Of a stretch of DNA of 64,000 nucleotides, positions 9,447 through 19,308 are shown piece by piece. This DNA comes from an uncultured delta proteobacterium. Lineage in GTDB: Bacteria > Desulfobacterota > Binatia > UBA9968. The position numbers and the translations under genes are program-made. The stretch covers positions 96,001 to 160,000 of the forward strand of contig CAVYTU010000014.1 in assembly GCA_963771465.1 (NCBI GenBank), written 5' to 3'. The notes under the pieces were generated by a model that saw only the letters and a program-made list of their open reading frames with translations, did no database searches and was not told the DNA's origin. The first letter of the stretch is position 1; each line of letters opens with the position of its first letter.

Positions 9447-10802
9447 TCAATTCCCTGCGACTGTCATCTTCGAGATCTTCACCGTCGGCGCGACGATGCG
9501 GCCGCGCATCTCGAGGTCGTTGCCGACCATTTCAATGTTTTGAAACATTTCTTTTAGATTACCGGCGACGGTGATCTCTTCGACCGGGTAAGCAAGCGCG
9601 CCGTTTTCGATCCACAATCCGGCGGCGCCGCGCGAGTAGTCGCCGGTCACCATGTTGACGCCGGAGCCGATCATCTCGGTAACGTAGAGTCCGTTTTTCA
9701 CCGAGCCAATGATTTGTTCCGGCGAATCTTTGCCGGCGGCCAGATAGAAATTCGCCGGCGAGGCGCCCGGCGGCTCTCCTACCGAACGAGAAGCGTTGCC
9801 GGTTGAAGCCATGCCGAGCTTTTTACCGCTGTAAGTATCGAGCAGATAACTTTTAAGTTCGCCTTTTTCGACGACGAATTTCTTTTGGATGGGTAATCCT
9901 TCGGCGTCGAATGGCCGTGAGCCGAGCGCGCCGGGGATAGTGCCGTCGTCGATGACGTTGAGTAAATCCGAGCCGATCTTGGTGTTGAGCTTGCCGGCCA
10001 AGAAAGAGGCGCCTTTGTACAGCGAATAACCGTTTATCGCCGATGCCAAGCTGCGTAGCAGCGAGGCGGCCATATCGGGATCGAAGACGATCGGCACTTC
10101 GCAAGTTTTCACTTTCCGTCCACCGAGCCGTCGCAGTACCCGTTGCGCGGCTTTTTCGCCGACATGTTTTGACGACTCGAGCTTGGCGAATTTACGATTG
10201 GACGAATACCAATAGTCACGCTGCATCGCGCCGTTATGTTTCGCCACCGGCGACACCGCGTGTCCGAAAGTCGAGCCGGAGTATTCGCCGGCAAAGCCGT
10301 GACTGCTGACGTAGATCACGCGGCCATACTGGTTGGAGAACTCGGCGCCTTCGGAGTTGGTGATACGGGAATCGAAAGCCAACGCATTTTTTTCGGTGTC
10401 GAGGGCGATTTGGATTTTTTCGTCCACCGAGACATGACGCGCCGAATCGTCGAGCAGATCGAGATCCGGCAGATCGCGCGCCAGCATCTCCGCCGCCGGC
10501 AATCCGCCGTGCGGATCTTGTGCCGTGACGCGCGCCATCCTGACCGTGTCGTCGACTAGCTTTTCAATGGAATTTTGCGAAATATCCGAAGTTGACGCCG
10601 AAGCCGAGCTGTTGCCGAGAAAGAGTCGAAGACCGAGCCGCTTCTCGCCGGCCTGGCTGATTTTTTCCACTTCGCCCATGCGCACGGTGACGAAAAACGA
10701 CTCGCTCTCCGCCATCACGACGTCGCCCGTTGACGCGCCTTTTTCTTTGGCTTGACGCAAAATTTCTCGACCCAAGTCTTGAGTCAATTCCAATCGTTCC
10801 AT
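9447..10802 (-). CDS. pmbA: Metalloprotease TldE/PmbA
   Basis: GLRLF, MQRDYWYS, PFDAEG, TGDYSRGAAGLWIENG..YPVEEIT.AGNL; adjacent to tldD. Confidence 0.95.
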   Translation of the reverse strand: MERLELTQDLGREILRQAKEKGASTGDVVMAESESFFVTVRMGEVEKISQAGEKRLGLRLFLGNSSASASTSDISQNSIEKLVDDTVRMARVTAQDPHGGLPAAEMLARDLPDLDLLDDSARHVSVDEKIQIALDTEKNALAFDSRITNSEGAEFSNQYGRVIYVSSHGFAGEYSGSTFGHAVSPVAKHNGAMQRDYWYSSNRKFAKLESSKHVGEKAAQRVLRRLGGRKVKTCEVPIVFDPDMAASLLRSLASAINGYSLYKGASFLAGKLNTKIGSDLLNVIDDGTIPGALGSRPFDAEGLPIQKKFVVEKGELKSYLLDTYSGKKLGMASTGNASRSVGEPPGASPANFYLAAGKDSPEQIIGSVKNGLYVTEMIGSGVNMVTGDYSRGAAGLWIENGALAYPVEEITVAGNLKEMFQNIEMVGNDLEMRGRIVAPTVKISKMTVAGN

Positions 10803-10852
10803 GTTCTCTCGTTTCTTAGTTCAAATCGTTCAACACTTTTAGATCATCCCAG

Positions 10853-10930
10853 CCCTCACCTGTTTCCCCGCGTCGCGGGGGAGGACGATGGAGGGGATTG
10901 AACTGAGCGGAGCGGTTGAACGGCTTGAAC
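10853..10930. repeat. REP-like palindrome plus TTGAAC iterations
   Basis: CCCTCACC...TCCCCGCGTCGCGGGGGA...GAGGGG and repeated (g)TTGAAC units between tldD and pmbA. Confidence 0.55.
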
Positions 10931-10939
10931 ATTATTTTA

Positions 10940-12385
10940 TTACGCCGCCGTTCCGCCGACCGTCAGTCCGTCAATCTTGATCGTCGGCAGTCCGACTCCC
11001 ACCGGCACCGACTGTCCGTCCTTGCCGCAGGTACCGACACCTTCGTCGAGCTTGAGATCGTTACCGACCATCGACACGCGGGTCAGCACGTCCGGGCCGT
11101 TGCCGATCAAGGTCGCGCCTTTGACTGGCTTGGTCACTTTTCCATCTTCGATCAAGTAAGCCTCGCTGGCCGAGAAGACGAACTTGCCGCTGGTGATGTC
11201 GACCTGACCGCCGCCGAAGGAAACCGCGTAAAGCCCCTTCTTTACCGAGCGCAAAATATCTTCCGGCGCCGACTCGCCGGCGAGCATGAAAGTATTAGTC
11301 ATGCGCGGCATGGGAATGTGCGCGTAGCTTTCGCGCCGGCCGTTGCCGGTGAGCGCCATTTTCATCAAGCCGGCGTTGAGCTTGTCTTGCAGATAGCCTT
11401 TGAGAATGCCTTTTTCGATCAGCACCGTTCGCCCGGTGGGCGTGCCTTCGTCGTCGACGTTGATCGAGCCGCGCCGCGATGGAATCGTGCCGTCGTCGAT
11501 CACCGTGCAAAGCTCCGACGCGACTTTTTCTCCGATCCGATCGGAGAATGCCGAAGTTTTCTTGCGGTTAAAATCGCCTTCCAAGCCGTGGCCGATCGCT
11601 TCGTGGAGGAGAATTCCCGGCCAGCCGGGACCGAGGACAACGTCCATCGTTCCAGCGGGCGCATCGACGGCGCTTAGATTCAAAATCGCCTGGCGTACGG
11701 CCTCGCGGCCGTAGCGTTGGTAGTCTCTATTATCGACGAAGAAACCGAACTCGACCCGGCCGCCGCCGCCGAAACTGCCGATCTGGCGGTTGCCGTTTTC
11801 CTCGACGATACAGGTGACGTTCAAGCGCGTCAGCGGCTGAATATCGCCGACAACCATGCCCTGGGAATTGGCCACCAGCACGACTTTGTACTCGGCGCCG
11901 ATGGAGGCGAATACGTTTTTGATGCGCGGGTCGAGGGCGCGGGTGAATTTATCGATCTCGTAGAGCAGCTCGACTTTCCTTTCCAACGCCACGTCGTTCA
12001 CCGGCGTCTTGACCGGATAGAGGTCGTGGCTCGCGCCGCGCGGCTGACCGACCGAAGCCGGAACTTGCGACGATCGATTCTGCGCGATGTACTGCGCCGT
12101 GCGTGCGGCGATGGCAAGATTTTCGATCGTAATGTCGTCGGTGTAGGCGTAACCGGTCTTCGCCTCCGCCAGCACGCGCACGCCGACGCCGTTAGCCGTC
12201 GACTGGGCGCAGTTTTTGACCATCCCCTCTTCCAGGCTGACGCCTTCGTTGCGCCGATACTCAAAAAACAGGTCCGCGTATTCGGCCTTCTTAGCGAGTG
12301 CCGCGTCGAGCACCTTGGCCAAATCGCCCGTGTCGATACCGAAGTTGCGGTTAAAAAACGCTGCTGGCAAATTTTCCTGTGGCAT
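10940..12385 (-). CDS. tldD: Metalloprotease TldD
   Basis: GWPGILLHEAIGHGLEGDFNRK, TGNGRRESYAHIPMPRMTNT, GTCGKDGQSVPVGVG; start set at MPQEN after AGGAAGGGGG. Confidence 0.96.
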   Translation of the reverse strand: MPQENLPAAFFNRNFGIDTGDLAKVLDAALAKKAEYADLFFEYRRNEGVSLEEGMVKNCAQSTANGVGVRVLAEAKTGYAYTDDITIENLAIAARTAQYIAQNRSSQVPASVGQPRGASHDLYPVKTPVNDVALERKVELLYEIDKFTRALDPRIKNVFASIGAEYKVVLVANSQGMVVGDIQPLTRLNVTCIVEENGNRQIGSFGGGGRVEFGFFVDNRDYQRYGREAVRQAILNLSAVDAPAGTMDVVLGPGWPGILLHEAIGHGLEGDFNRKKTSAFSDRIGEKVASELCTVIDDGTIPSRRGSINVDDEGTPTGRTVLIEKGILKGYLQDKLNAGLMKMALTGNGRRESYAHIPMPRMTNTFMLAGESAPEDILRSVKKGLYAVSFGGGQVDITSGKFVFSASEAYLIEDGKVTKPVKGATLIGNGPDVLTRVSMVGNDLKLDEGVGTCGKDGQSVPVGVGLPTIKIDGLTVGGTAA

Positions 12386-12671
12386 GGCGTCCCCCTTCCT
12401 AAACTTTGTACCACATATGAATCCTGCGAATAAGCCCGGATTCCGCGGTTGCAAAGTTAAATTGCTTAGTTGGCAAGCCGTTCCAATAGCTCGCTCGCGG
12501 GGCAACGATATTGGTACCTGCCCAGAGGCACAGGCCCATTGTCCCAATTACGGAAGGTTCACGCTTCGCTCGTTGCTTCAATTTCAACTGCGCAATCCGG
12601 CTTCAGGGCAGTGAACGGTTACTAAATTGTTAAAGGATCGCGCTGACACGTCCGATCTTCTGTTTTTGCTG

Positions 12672-12700
12672 TTGATCGTTTGATATTCTTGGGCTAACAT
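12672..12700 (+). promoter_or_regulatory. Sigma70-like promoter of the GAPDH-like gene
   Basis: TTGATC-N17-TAACAT. Confidence 0.45.
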
Positions 12701-12732
12701 CCAGCTACGAAATTTTGACAAGGTAGAGGGTT

Positions 12733-13800
12733 ATGGCGCAAAAGAAAATCGTTCACATCGTCGGCACCGGCACTATCGGCGAACCGCTGGTTGGCATCCT
12801 TTCCACGTTTAAGGAGCCATTTGGCATCGACGAAGTGACCTTTCACAAGCGCACGCCGCTACTGACCGACCGTTCGAAAGTCATGGTATCGTGCAACAAG
12901 GGCGCTAAGCTCGCCGTCGACAAAGAGCGCTGGCACAAATTCGTCGACATGGGCATGGCGCCGACCTTCGAAGCCGAAGAGGCGATTGAGCGCGCCAGCG
13001 TCATCATCGACTGCACGCCGGTGGGCAATGAGAATAAGGAAAAACTTTACAACAAATACGCCGGCAACGGCCGCGGTTTTATCGCCCAGGGCAGTGAAGA
13101 CGGCTTCGGCAAGAAATACGCCCGCGGCATCAACGACAAAGCGCTGGTCAGAGGCCAGGATCAATTTATTCAGGTGGTCAGCTGCAACACGCACAATTTG
13201 GCCGTGTTGATCGACACCATCGCGTTGGGGCCGGAGAAGGAAGACAATCTGGCCGAAAGCCGTTTCGTTTGCATGCGCCGCGCCAACGATTTAAGCCAGG
13301 AAGGCGATTTTATCCCGGCGCCGGAAGCGAGCAAGCATGACGACTCTAAGTTCGGCACCCATCAGGGACGCGATGCTCACGAACTGTTCGGAACCCTGGG
13401 ATTCGATTTGAATATTTTCTCGTCCGCTTTGAAGCTCAATACTCAGTACATGCACACGATTCACTTCAATCTCCGACTGCGCCGCGCCATCGACAAGGAC
13501 GAGTTGATGCGCCGCTTCCAATCGACCCGCCGGGTCGCGTTGACCAATAAAAAATCGTCCGCGTCGGTTTTTTCATTCGGACGCGACCATGGCCTGTTCG
13601 GCAGGATATTGAATCAGACGGTGATCGTCAGCCAGAGCCTCGCCATCCATAACGACAAGGAAATCATCGGCACCTGCTTCACACCCCAGGACGGCAACTC
13701 TTTGTTGAGCAGCTTGGCCGCCACTCTGTGGTTCCTCTATCCTGACTCCTATGAGGAGAGGCTTGCCCCGGTGCGGCCTTATTTCTTCGACGAAATCTAA
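12733..13800 (+). CDS. Type II (archaeal-type) glyceraldehyde-3-phosphate dehydrogenase-like protein
   Basis: Rossmann VGTGTIG, IIDCTP, catalytic VVSCNT, RRAND, HQGRDA, MH.IHF: class II GAPDH signature. Confidence 0.8.
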   Translation: MAQKKIVHIVGTGTIGEPLVGILSTFKEPFGIDEVTFHKRTPLLTDRSKVMVSCNKGAKLAVDKERWHKFVDMGMAPTFEAEEAIERASVIIDCTPVGNENKEKLYNKYAGNGRGFIAQGSEDGFGKKYARGINDKALVRGQDQFIQVVSCNTHNLAVLIDTIALGPEKEDNLAESRFVCMRRANDLSQEGDFIPAPEASKHDDSKFGTHQGRDAHELFGTLGFDLNIFSSALKLNTQYMHTIHFNLRLRRAIDKDELMRRFQSTRRVALTNKKSSASVFSFGRDHGLFGRILNQTVIVSQSLAIHNDKEIIGTCFTPQDGNSLLSSLAATLWFLYPDSYEERLAPVRPYFFDEI

Positions 13801-13820
13801 AGTATCGTTGTTACTTTAGG

Positions 13821-13852
13821 AAAAAAGGGCGAGCCAATCTCGCCCTCTTTTA
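13821..13852. terminator. Bidirectional intrinsic terminator
   Basis: AAAAAAGGGCGAG-ccaat-CTCGCCCTCTTTT between convergent genes. Confidence 0.8.
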
Positions 13853-14314
13853 TTCCCTGACGTTTATTTGAGGGAGGCCGTCGAAGCGCACGGCGTCGCC
13901 GGCTTTGATGGCGTGGCGTTTCGCCAAGCCGCCGTTGATTTCCAAGACAAACTGGCTCGGCGCGGTCACCGAGCGCGGATCCAATGAAAACGGCACCGTT
14001 TGCTCGACAATGCCGACGATCTTGCGCTCGCGATTGATGAAGATCATATCCAAGGGCAGCGGCGTATTTTTCATCCAGAAAGACTGCTGGGATTCCGCCG
14101 GAAAAAGAAAAATCATACCGCGGTCAGCCGCCAAATCGCGGCGATACTGAAGCCCCATCTCGCGCTTCGAAGGCGTGTCGGCGATTTCAACGCCGAAGCT
14201 GACAGTGCGCCCGTCCTTGGTGGTAATCGTCACTTTGGGCTCGGCTTGGCAAGCCGTCACACTTGCGATCAAGGGGATGAGGAGCCCGATGATTAGAATT
14301 GGGTTTTTAACCAT
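13850..14314 (-). CDS. DUF192 family exported protein
   Basis: VEIADTP..RE.GL, GMIFLF, FWMKNTPLPLDMIFI, VLEINGG. Confidence 0.92.
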   Translation of the reverse strand: MVKNPILIIGLLIPLIASVTACQAEPKVTITTKDGRTVSFGVEIADTPSKREMGLQYRRDLAADRGMIFLFPAESQQSFWMKNTPLPLDMIFINRERKIVGIVEQTVPFSLDPRSVTAPSQFVLEINGGLAKRHAIKAGDAVRFDGLPQINVRE

Positions 14315-14315
14315 G

Positions 14316-16313
14316 TCACTTAGCTAAATTCTTAGCGACGATTTCGGCGATATCGAACACTTCCATCGCTATCTCCGGCTCTTCCTTGGCGGTCTCTTCA
14401 GTGATCATGCGCATGCAGAACGGACAGCCCGTGGCGACCGTTTTCGCCCCCGTTTGCTTGAGCTCGCGATAGCGATTGGTACTGACCCGCTCAGCGCCCT
14501 TCTCTTCATCTTTCCAAAACTGACCGCCGCCGGCGCCGCAGCAAAAACTGTTGCTGCGATTGCGGCTTGGTTCCATCAATTTCGCGCCCGTAGCTTGAAT
14601 CAAACCGCGCGGCTCGTCGAAGATGCCGTTATGCCGGCCGAGATAGCAAGGATCATGATAAGTGATGGAATCGTTAGCATCGCCGCTAAGCTTGAGCTTC
14701 CCCGCTTTGATCAATTCGTCGATGAAATCGCTATGGTGCTTGACGACAAAGTTGCCGCCGAACTGCGAATACTCATTGCCGATGGTGTGAAAGCAATGCG
14801 GGCACGTGGTCACGATCGTCTTGGGTTTAATCTGGTTTAGCACGGCCACGTTTGCTTCGGCCATCTGCACGAATAAATACTCGTTGCCGGTGCGCCGGGC
14901 GGTGTCGCCGGTACATTTTTCTTCCTTGCCGATCACCGCCCAATTAATCCGCGCCGCGTTGAAAAGTTCCGCCATGCTGCGGGCGATTTTTTGCGCCCGC
15001 GGATCGAACGCCACGGCGCAGCCTACCCAATAGAGCACTTCAGGATCGGGGTTTTCCGCCAGCGTCGGCACGGTAAACGGCAATCCTTTTGTCCATGCCA
15101 CACGCTCGTCGGTGGACATGCCCCATGGGTTGCCGGCACGCTCCATGTGATTGAAGGTGTTTTGCAAACCTTTGGGGAACTCGGCCGCGCCCAACACACG
15201 CTCGCGGCGCACGTCGATGATATGGAGCATCTGCTCGTTGCCCACCGGACAGACTTCGATGCAGGCATTGCAAGTCGTGCAAGCCCACGCCGATTCTTCA
15301 TTGAGCGCGAAATCGAGCAACCGCCGGGGGCTTTCCTGACCCGTGGAAAAGCTCGGGAAGATCTTATTTAATTCATAACGCTCGTTGATCAACATGGCCG
15401 CCGGACTGAGCGCCTTGCCGGTGGCGCTGGCGGGACAGACATCCTGACAGCGGTTGCACATGATGCAGCTGTAGGAGTCCAACAGCCGCGGCCAGGTAAA
15501 ATCCTCCAACTTGGCCGCGCCGAAGACTTCTTCGTTCTCAAAATCCATCGGCTGGAGCACGCCGGGCTTGGTTTTTTTCAACGCCAGATTGATCGGCGCG
15601 AGAAAGATATGAATATGCTTGGAGCGCGGAAAATAGGGCAGAAAAAGCAAGATCGAAGCGAGCGCGCCCCACCAGAAAAAATGATTGAGCACCTCGAGTG
15701 TGCCGGGCGCAGTAGCGCTAAAGAAAACCGCGAAGAGCGAGCTCACGGGCTGAAACCAATCGCTCCCCTGCTGTGCCACCTGAGTCGCCTTAAACATCAG
15801 CCGGCAGCCGACATGAAAAATGATGAAGCTGGCGACGATCGTGGAATCGCGGAAGATGCCCGCGCGTACTTCTGGCTCCACCGGCGTGTTGTCGGCGAAG
15901 GCGAAATCTTTCGGTCGGACGAACAGACGTCGCACGACCATGGCGACAATCCCGGTCAGTACGCCTGCGGTTAGACAGTCGGCTACCAAGTTGAAAAAAT
16001 TCCACGCGCCACCGCGTGGATGAATGCCAAGGAAGCCTTCGATCAGGTCGACAAGATTGACGAGAAAATAAAAAACGAAGCCGTAAAAGATCAGCGCATG
16101 AAAAAAAGATATCAGCGGTCTGGTCTTGAACACTGATTGCTGGGTTAGGACAATCCATAGCGCGCGCCTGATTCGCTTGGGCAGGTCGTCGATGCGCGCA
16201 TCCGGCTTGCCGCGGGCGATGGCGCGGTACACGTCATAGAGTTTCGTGCCGCCCAAGTAGCCGGAGCCTAGCAGTAACAGCAAAAAAACAATTTTCTCCA
16301 AAGTCGTCAGCAT
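14316..16313 (-). CDS. Membrane-bound Fe-S oxidoreductase (FadF/HdrF-like, CCG domains)
   Basis: N-terminal TM helices, two CxxCxxCxxxCP motifs, TCPHC, YHDPCYLGRHN, CCGAGGG, GCPFC. Confidence 0.9.
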   Translation of the reverse strand: MLTTLEKIVFLLLLLGSGYLGGTKLYDVYRAIARGKPDARIDDLPKRIRRALWIVLTQQSVFKTRPLISFFHALIFYGFVFYFLVNLVDLIEGFLGIHPRGGAWNFFNLVADCLTAGVLTGIVAMVVRRLFVRPKDFAFADNTPVEPEVRAGIFRDSTIVASFIIFHVGCRLMFKATQVAQQGSDWFQPVSSLFAVFFSATAPGTLEVLNHFFWWGALASILLFLPYFPRSKHIHIFLAPINLALKKTKPGVLQPMDFENEEVFGAAKLEDFTWPRLLDSYSCIMCNRCQDVCPASATGKALSPAAMLINERYELNKIFPSFSTGQESPRRLLDFALNEESAWACTTCNACIEVCPVGNEQMLHIIDVRRERVLGAAEFPKGLQNTFNHMERAGNPWGMSTDERVAWTKGLPFTVPTLAENPDPEVLYWVGCAVAFDPRAQKIARSMAELFNAARINWAVIGKEEKCTGDTARRTGNEYLFVQMAEANVAVLNQIKPKTIVTTCPHCFHTIGNEYSQFGGNFVVKHHSDFIDELIKAGKLKLSGDANDSITYHDPCYLGRHNGIFDEPRGLIQATGAKLMEPSRNRSNSFCCGAGGGQFWKDEEKGAERVSTNRYRELKQTGAKTVATGCPFCMRMITEETAKEEPEIAMEVFDIAEIVAKNLAK

Positions 16314-16538
16314 AGCGATCGCACCGACCTCCGTTTCACGCCCTTCCTACTTAACGTTGCTGGAAACAGTTTGTCAAAACGGAATAGATTCGCTGGCAGG
16401 CTTTCATCGACCACAACCGCATCCAAGACAATTTGATTGGCGATTAAATCTAGTCGCCGGCCCCATGAGCCCGACTAGATTACCTAAACTGGGTCGAACG
16501 ACGGGTAGATGCTGTCGACGCGCGCGCGGCTCGGCATC

Positions 16539-17318
16539 CTAGCCGGGATAACCTAACCGCTTCGACAGTTCGCTCCCGGCCTTGAGCAAAGCCGGGGCGA
16601 TCTCACCATGGATCGCGTCATCGGTAAGCCGATGTCCCGGTCCCACGACCGCAAGAGTTCCGACCAGGGAGCGGGTGTAATCACGGATTGGCACGGCTAC
16701 GCCATTAACGTCTTCGGTAAACTCCCCGCATTCGATGGCATAGCCGGATTCACCAACTTTGATCATCTGCTCGCGCAAACGTCCTTGATCAACGATCGTC
16801 TTATCGGTGTAACGCGGCAATTTCTCGGGCAGACTCTGACTGGCGCTGCCGTCCGCTTCGAAAACCAAGTGCACCTTGCCCGCTGCGGTGCAGTGCGCCG
16901 GCAAAACCGTGCCGAGAAACGATACCACGCGCACCGCCCGTGGCGGTTCGACGAACTCCAGCGGAATGATCGAGCTTCCTTTACGAACCGCGACATAGGC
17001 GCTTTCTCTGGTCGCTTTGGACAAATCCGCGAGAATCGCTCTGGACTGCAACAGCAAACCCATTTGATGGATAAACGTCTGACCCAGCTGCAAACATTTC
17101 AAACCCAAGCGGTAGTTTTCCGAAATCCGGTTCTGTTCGATATAACCGCGCGCTTCGAGTGTCGCCAGCAGACGGAATACATTGTTCTTGTGGAGTTTGA
17201 GCCGTTTGCTTAACTCGGTCACACCGATCTCGTCGACATTGGCGTAAAACTGCTCCAACACGTCGAGTGCATGTGAAACGGATTGAATGACATAATTAGC
17301 CTTCTCGCGCCGAACCAT
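16539..17318 (-). CDS. IclR family transcriptional regulator
   Basis: QSVSHALDVLE, HTH with FRLLATL, HCTAAGK, VAVPIRD. Confidence 0.93.
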   Translation of the reverse strand: MVRREKANYVIQSVSHALDVLEQFYANVDEIGVTELSKRLKLHKNNVFRLLATLEARGYIEQNRISENYRLGLKCLQLGQTFIHQMGLLLQSRAILADLSKATRESAYVAVRKGSSIIPLEFVEPPRAVRVVSFLGTVLPAHCTAAGKVHLVFEADGSASQSLPEKLPRYTDKTIVDQGRLREQMIKVGESGYAIECGEFTEDVNGVAVPIRDYTRSLVGTLAVVGPGHRLTDDAIHGEIAPALLKAGSELSKRLGYPG

Positions 17319-17517
17319 ACTTCATCCCCCAATGATTTTTGTTAACTAACCGAGCTGTTTTCAGGCCACCCGATGGGCCGGGCCAAAAAAGCGTTTTAAC
17401 CTAACCCAGAGGTTCGCGCTTGTCAATTCGCTGACTGGAGAATTAAAACGACCTCAAATTGCGTCACAAACTGCCACCAAACAGAGTCTGCTCATGGCAT
17501 GACAGCCCGGCTATGGC

Positions 17518-17546
17518 TTGACGGTTCAAGGCCGATCCGGCAATAT
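17518..17546 (+). promoter_or_regulatory. Sigma70-like trp promoter
   Basis: TTGACG-N17-CAATAT ending 7 nt before the leader ATG. Confidence 0.55.
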
Positions 17547-17553
17547 GGAGATC

Positions 17554-17634
17554 ATGAACGGTTTTTTGGGAGCAGATAAATCAATGTTCGGCTGGTGGCA
17601 CTGGCGCGCAAAACCGCGTCAGCGCCATGGCTAA
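17554..17634 (+). CDS. trpL: Tryptophan attenuator leader peptide
   Basis: MNGFLGADKSMFGWWHWRAKPRQRHG*: three Trp codons in four, upstream of a terminator and trpE. Confidence 0.88.
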   Translation: MNGFLGADKSMFGWWHWRAKPRQRHG

Positions 17635-17659
17635 GAGTCGTCCCAGCAAATAAAGTAGG

Positions 17660-17700
17660 AAAGGGCCATAGGTGATCGACTTATGGCCCTTTTTATTTCT
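17660..17700 (+). terminator. trp attenuator terminator
   Basis: AAAGGGCCATAGGT-gatcg-ACTTATGGCCCTTT followed by T tract. Confidence 0.88.
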
Positions 17701-17820
17701 TATTGACCCGTCATTTCAGCGGGAACCAAAGATGGGATTTGCCACAGGACGCGAGCACCCATTGGTCAAGAAACCGATAAACCGCCGGGAAGTGGCTTAG
17801 CAATTTAGCTTGTCGCAAAA

Positions 17821-19308
17821 ATGATACAACCGAACTTCAAAGAATTCTGCCAGCTGGCTAAGCAAGGCAACTTGATTCCAGTCTATCAAGAGTTGTTGAT
17901 GGACTTGGAAACGCCGCTGTCTTTTTTTAAGCGACTGGAGCGTGACCGCTACGCCTTCCTGCTGGAAAGCGTCGAAGGCAGCGAGCGCTGGGCGCGCTAC
18001 TCTTTTCTCGGCACCCGGCCAGAGCGGGTTTTCAAAGCGCGCGGCGACCAGGTCGAGATTATCGAGAACGGCAAAGCAAATAAATTCACTTCTGCGGCGC
18101 CGCTGCAGTTACTCGAAGAGCTGATGAAAGGCTACCGGCCGGTGCCGCTGGCCGGTATGCCGCCATTTTTCGGCGGCGCTTTGGGCTATGTCGCCTACGA
18201 CGCGGTGGCGCAGTTTCACGACATCAAGAACGACAAAAAAGATCCCCTCGGCATGCCGGAAATATTCTTTTTATTCGTGCAGACGCTGATCGCGTTCGAC
18301 AATTTGAAACACACGATCAAAGTCATCGACAACGCCCACGTGGAGCCAACAACCAACTTGCGCCGCGCTTATGACGCGTCGGTCAAACGCATCCGCAAAG
18401 TGATCTCCAGCCTGCAAAAAAAGCCGCGCGGCATCGAACCGCGGGAGTTAAACCAAGGCATGGGCACGCGAAAGTTCCGCTCCAATCTCACCCAGGATAA
18501 GTTCCAACAAGCCGTGGCGCACGCTAAGGAATACATCAAAGCCGGCGATATCATTCAGGCCGTGCTGTGCCAGCGGCTCGAAACCGAGACCGACAGCGAT
18601 CCTTTTGAAATCTATCGCGCGCTCCGTTACGTCAACCCGTCGCCCTATATGTTTTACCTTGAGCTCGATGATTTAAGGGTCGTCGGCTCGTCACCGGAAA
18701 CCATGGTGCGACTCACCGGGGACATCATTGAACTTCGCCCCATCGCCGGCACGCGCCGGCGCGGCGCCACGCCGGATGAAGAGAGCGCGCTCGAAGCCGA
18801 GCTGCTTGCCGATCCGAAGGAACGGGCTGAACACATCATGCTCGTCGATCTCGGTCGAAACGACGTCGGCCGGGTCGCCGTGATCGGCAGCGTTGAAGTG
18901 AACGAATTGATGGCCATCGAGCGCTATTCCCACGTGATTCACATTGTCTCGAATGTACGCGGTAAGCTGGCCACCGGCAAGACCGCTTTCGATCTCTTCG
19001 TCGCGTCCTTTCCGGCAGGGACGGTTTCCGGCGCGCCCAAAGTCCGGGCCATGCAGATTATCAGCGAGTTAGAGCCGCAAAAGCGCGCACTCTACGCTGG
19101 CGCCATCGGCTACTTCGGCTACAATGGCAACCTCGACACCTGCATCGTCATTCGCACCATCGTCATGAAGGGGAAAAAAGTTTTTATCAACGCCGGAGCC
19201 GGCATCGTCGCCGACTCCGATCCCGCCCTCGAGTATCAAGAGACGTTGAACAAAGCGCGCGCCATGCTTAAAGCCGTCGAGCTCGCCGAACAGTGGAGAA
19301 AGCGATGA
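17821..19308 (+). CDS. trpE: Anthranilate synthase component I
   Basis: LLESVEG, NPSPYM, PIAGTRRRG, KERAEHIMLVDLGRND, FPAGTVSGAPK, AGAGIVADS; Trp attenuator upstream. Confidence 0.96.
   Translation: MIQPNFKEFCQLAKQGNLIPVYQELLMDLETPLSFFKRLERDRYAFLLESVEGSERWARYSFLGTRPERVFKARGDQVEIIENGKANKFTSAAPLQLLEELMKGYRPVPLAGMPPFFGGALGYVAYDAVAQFHDIKNDKKDPLGMPEIFFLFVQTLIAFDNLKHTIKVIDNAHVEPTTNLRRAYDASVKRIRKVISSLQKKPRGIEPRELNQGMGTRKFRSNLTQDKFQQAVAHAKEYIKAGDIIQAVLCQRLETETDSDPFEIYRALRYVNPSPYMFYLELDDLRVVGSSPETMVRLTGDIIELRPIAGTRRRGATPDEESALEAELLADPKERAEHIMLVDLGRNDVGRVAVIGSVEVNELMAIERYSHVIHIVSNVRGKLATGKTAFDLFVASFPAGTVSGAPKVRAMQIISELEPQKRALYAGAIGYFGYNGNLDTCIVIRTIVMKGKKVFINAGAGIVADSDPALEYQETLNKARAMLKAVELAEQWRKR

Noticed and set aside
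9447-12385. tldD-pmbA as part of a RiPP cluster
   Set aside because: No precursor peptide, YcaO or radical SAM gene nearby; ordinary housekeeping arrangement.
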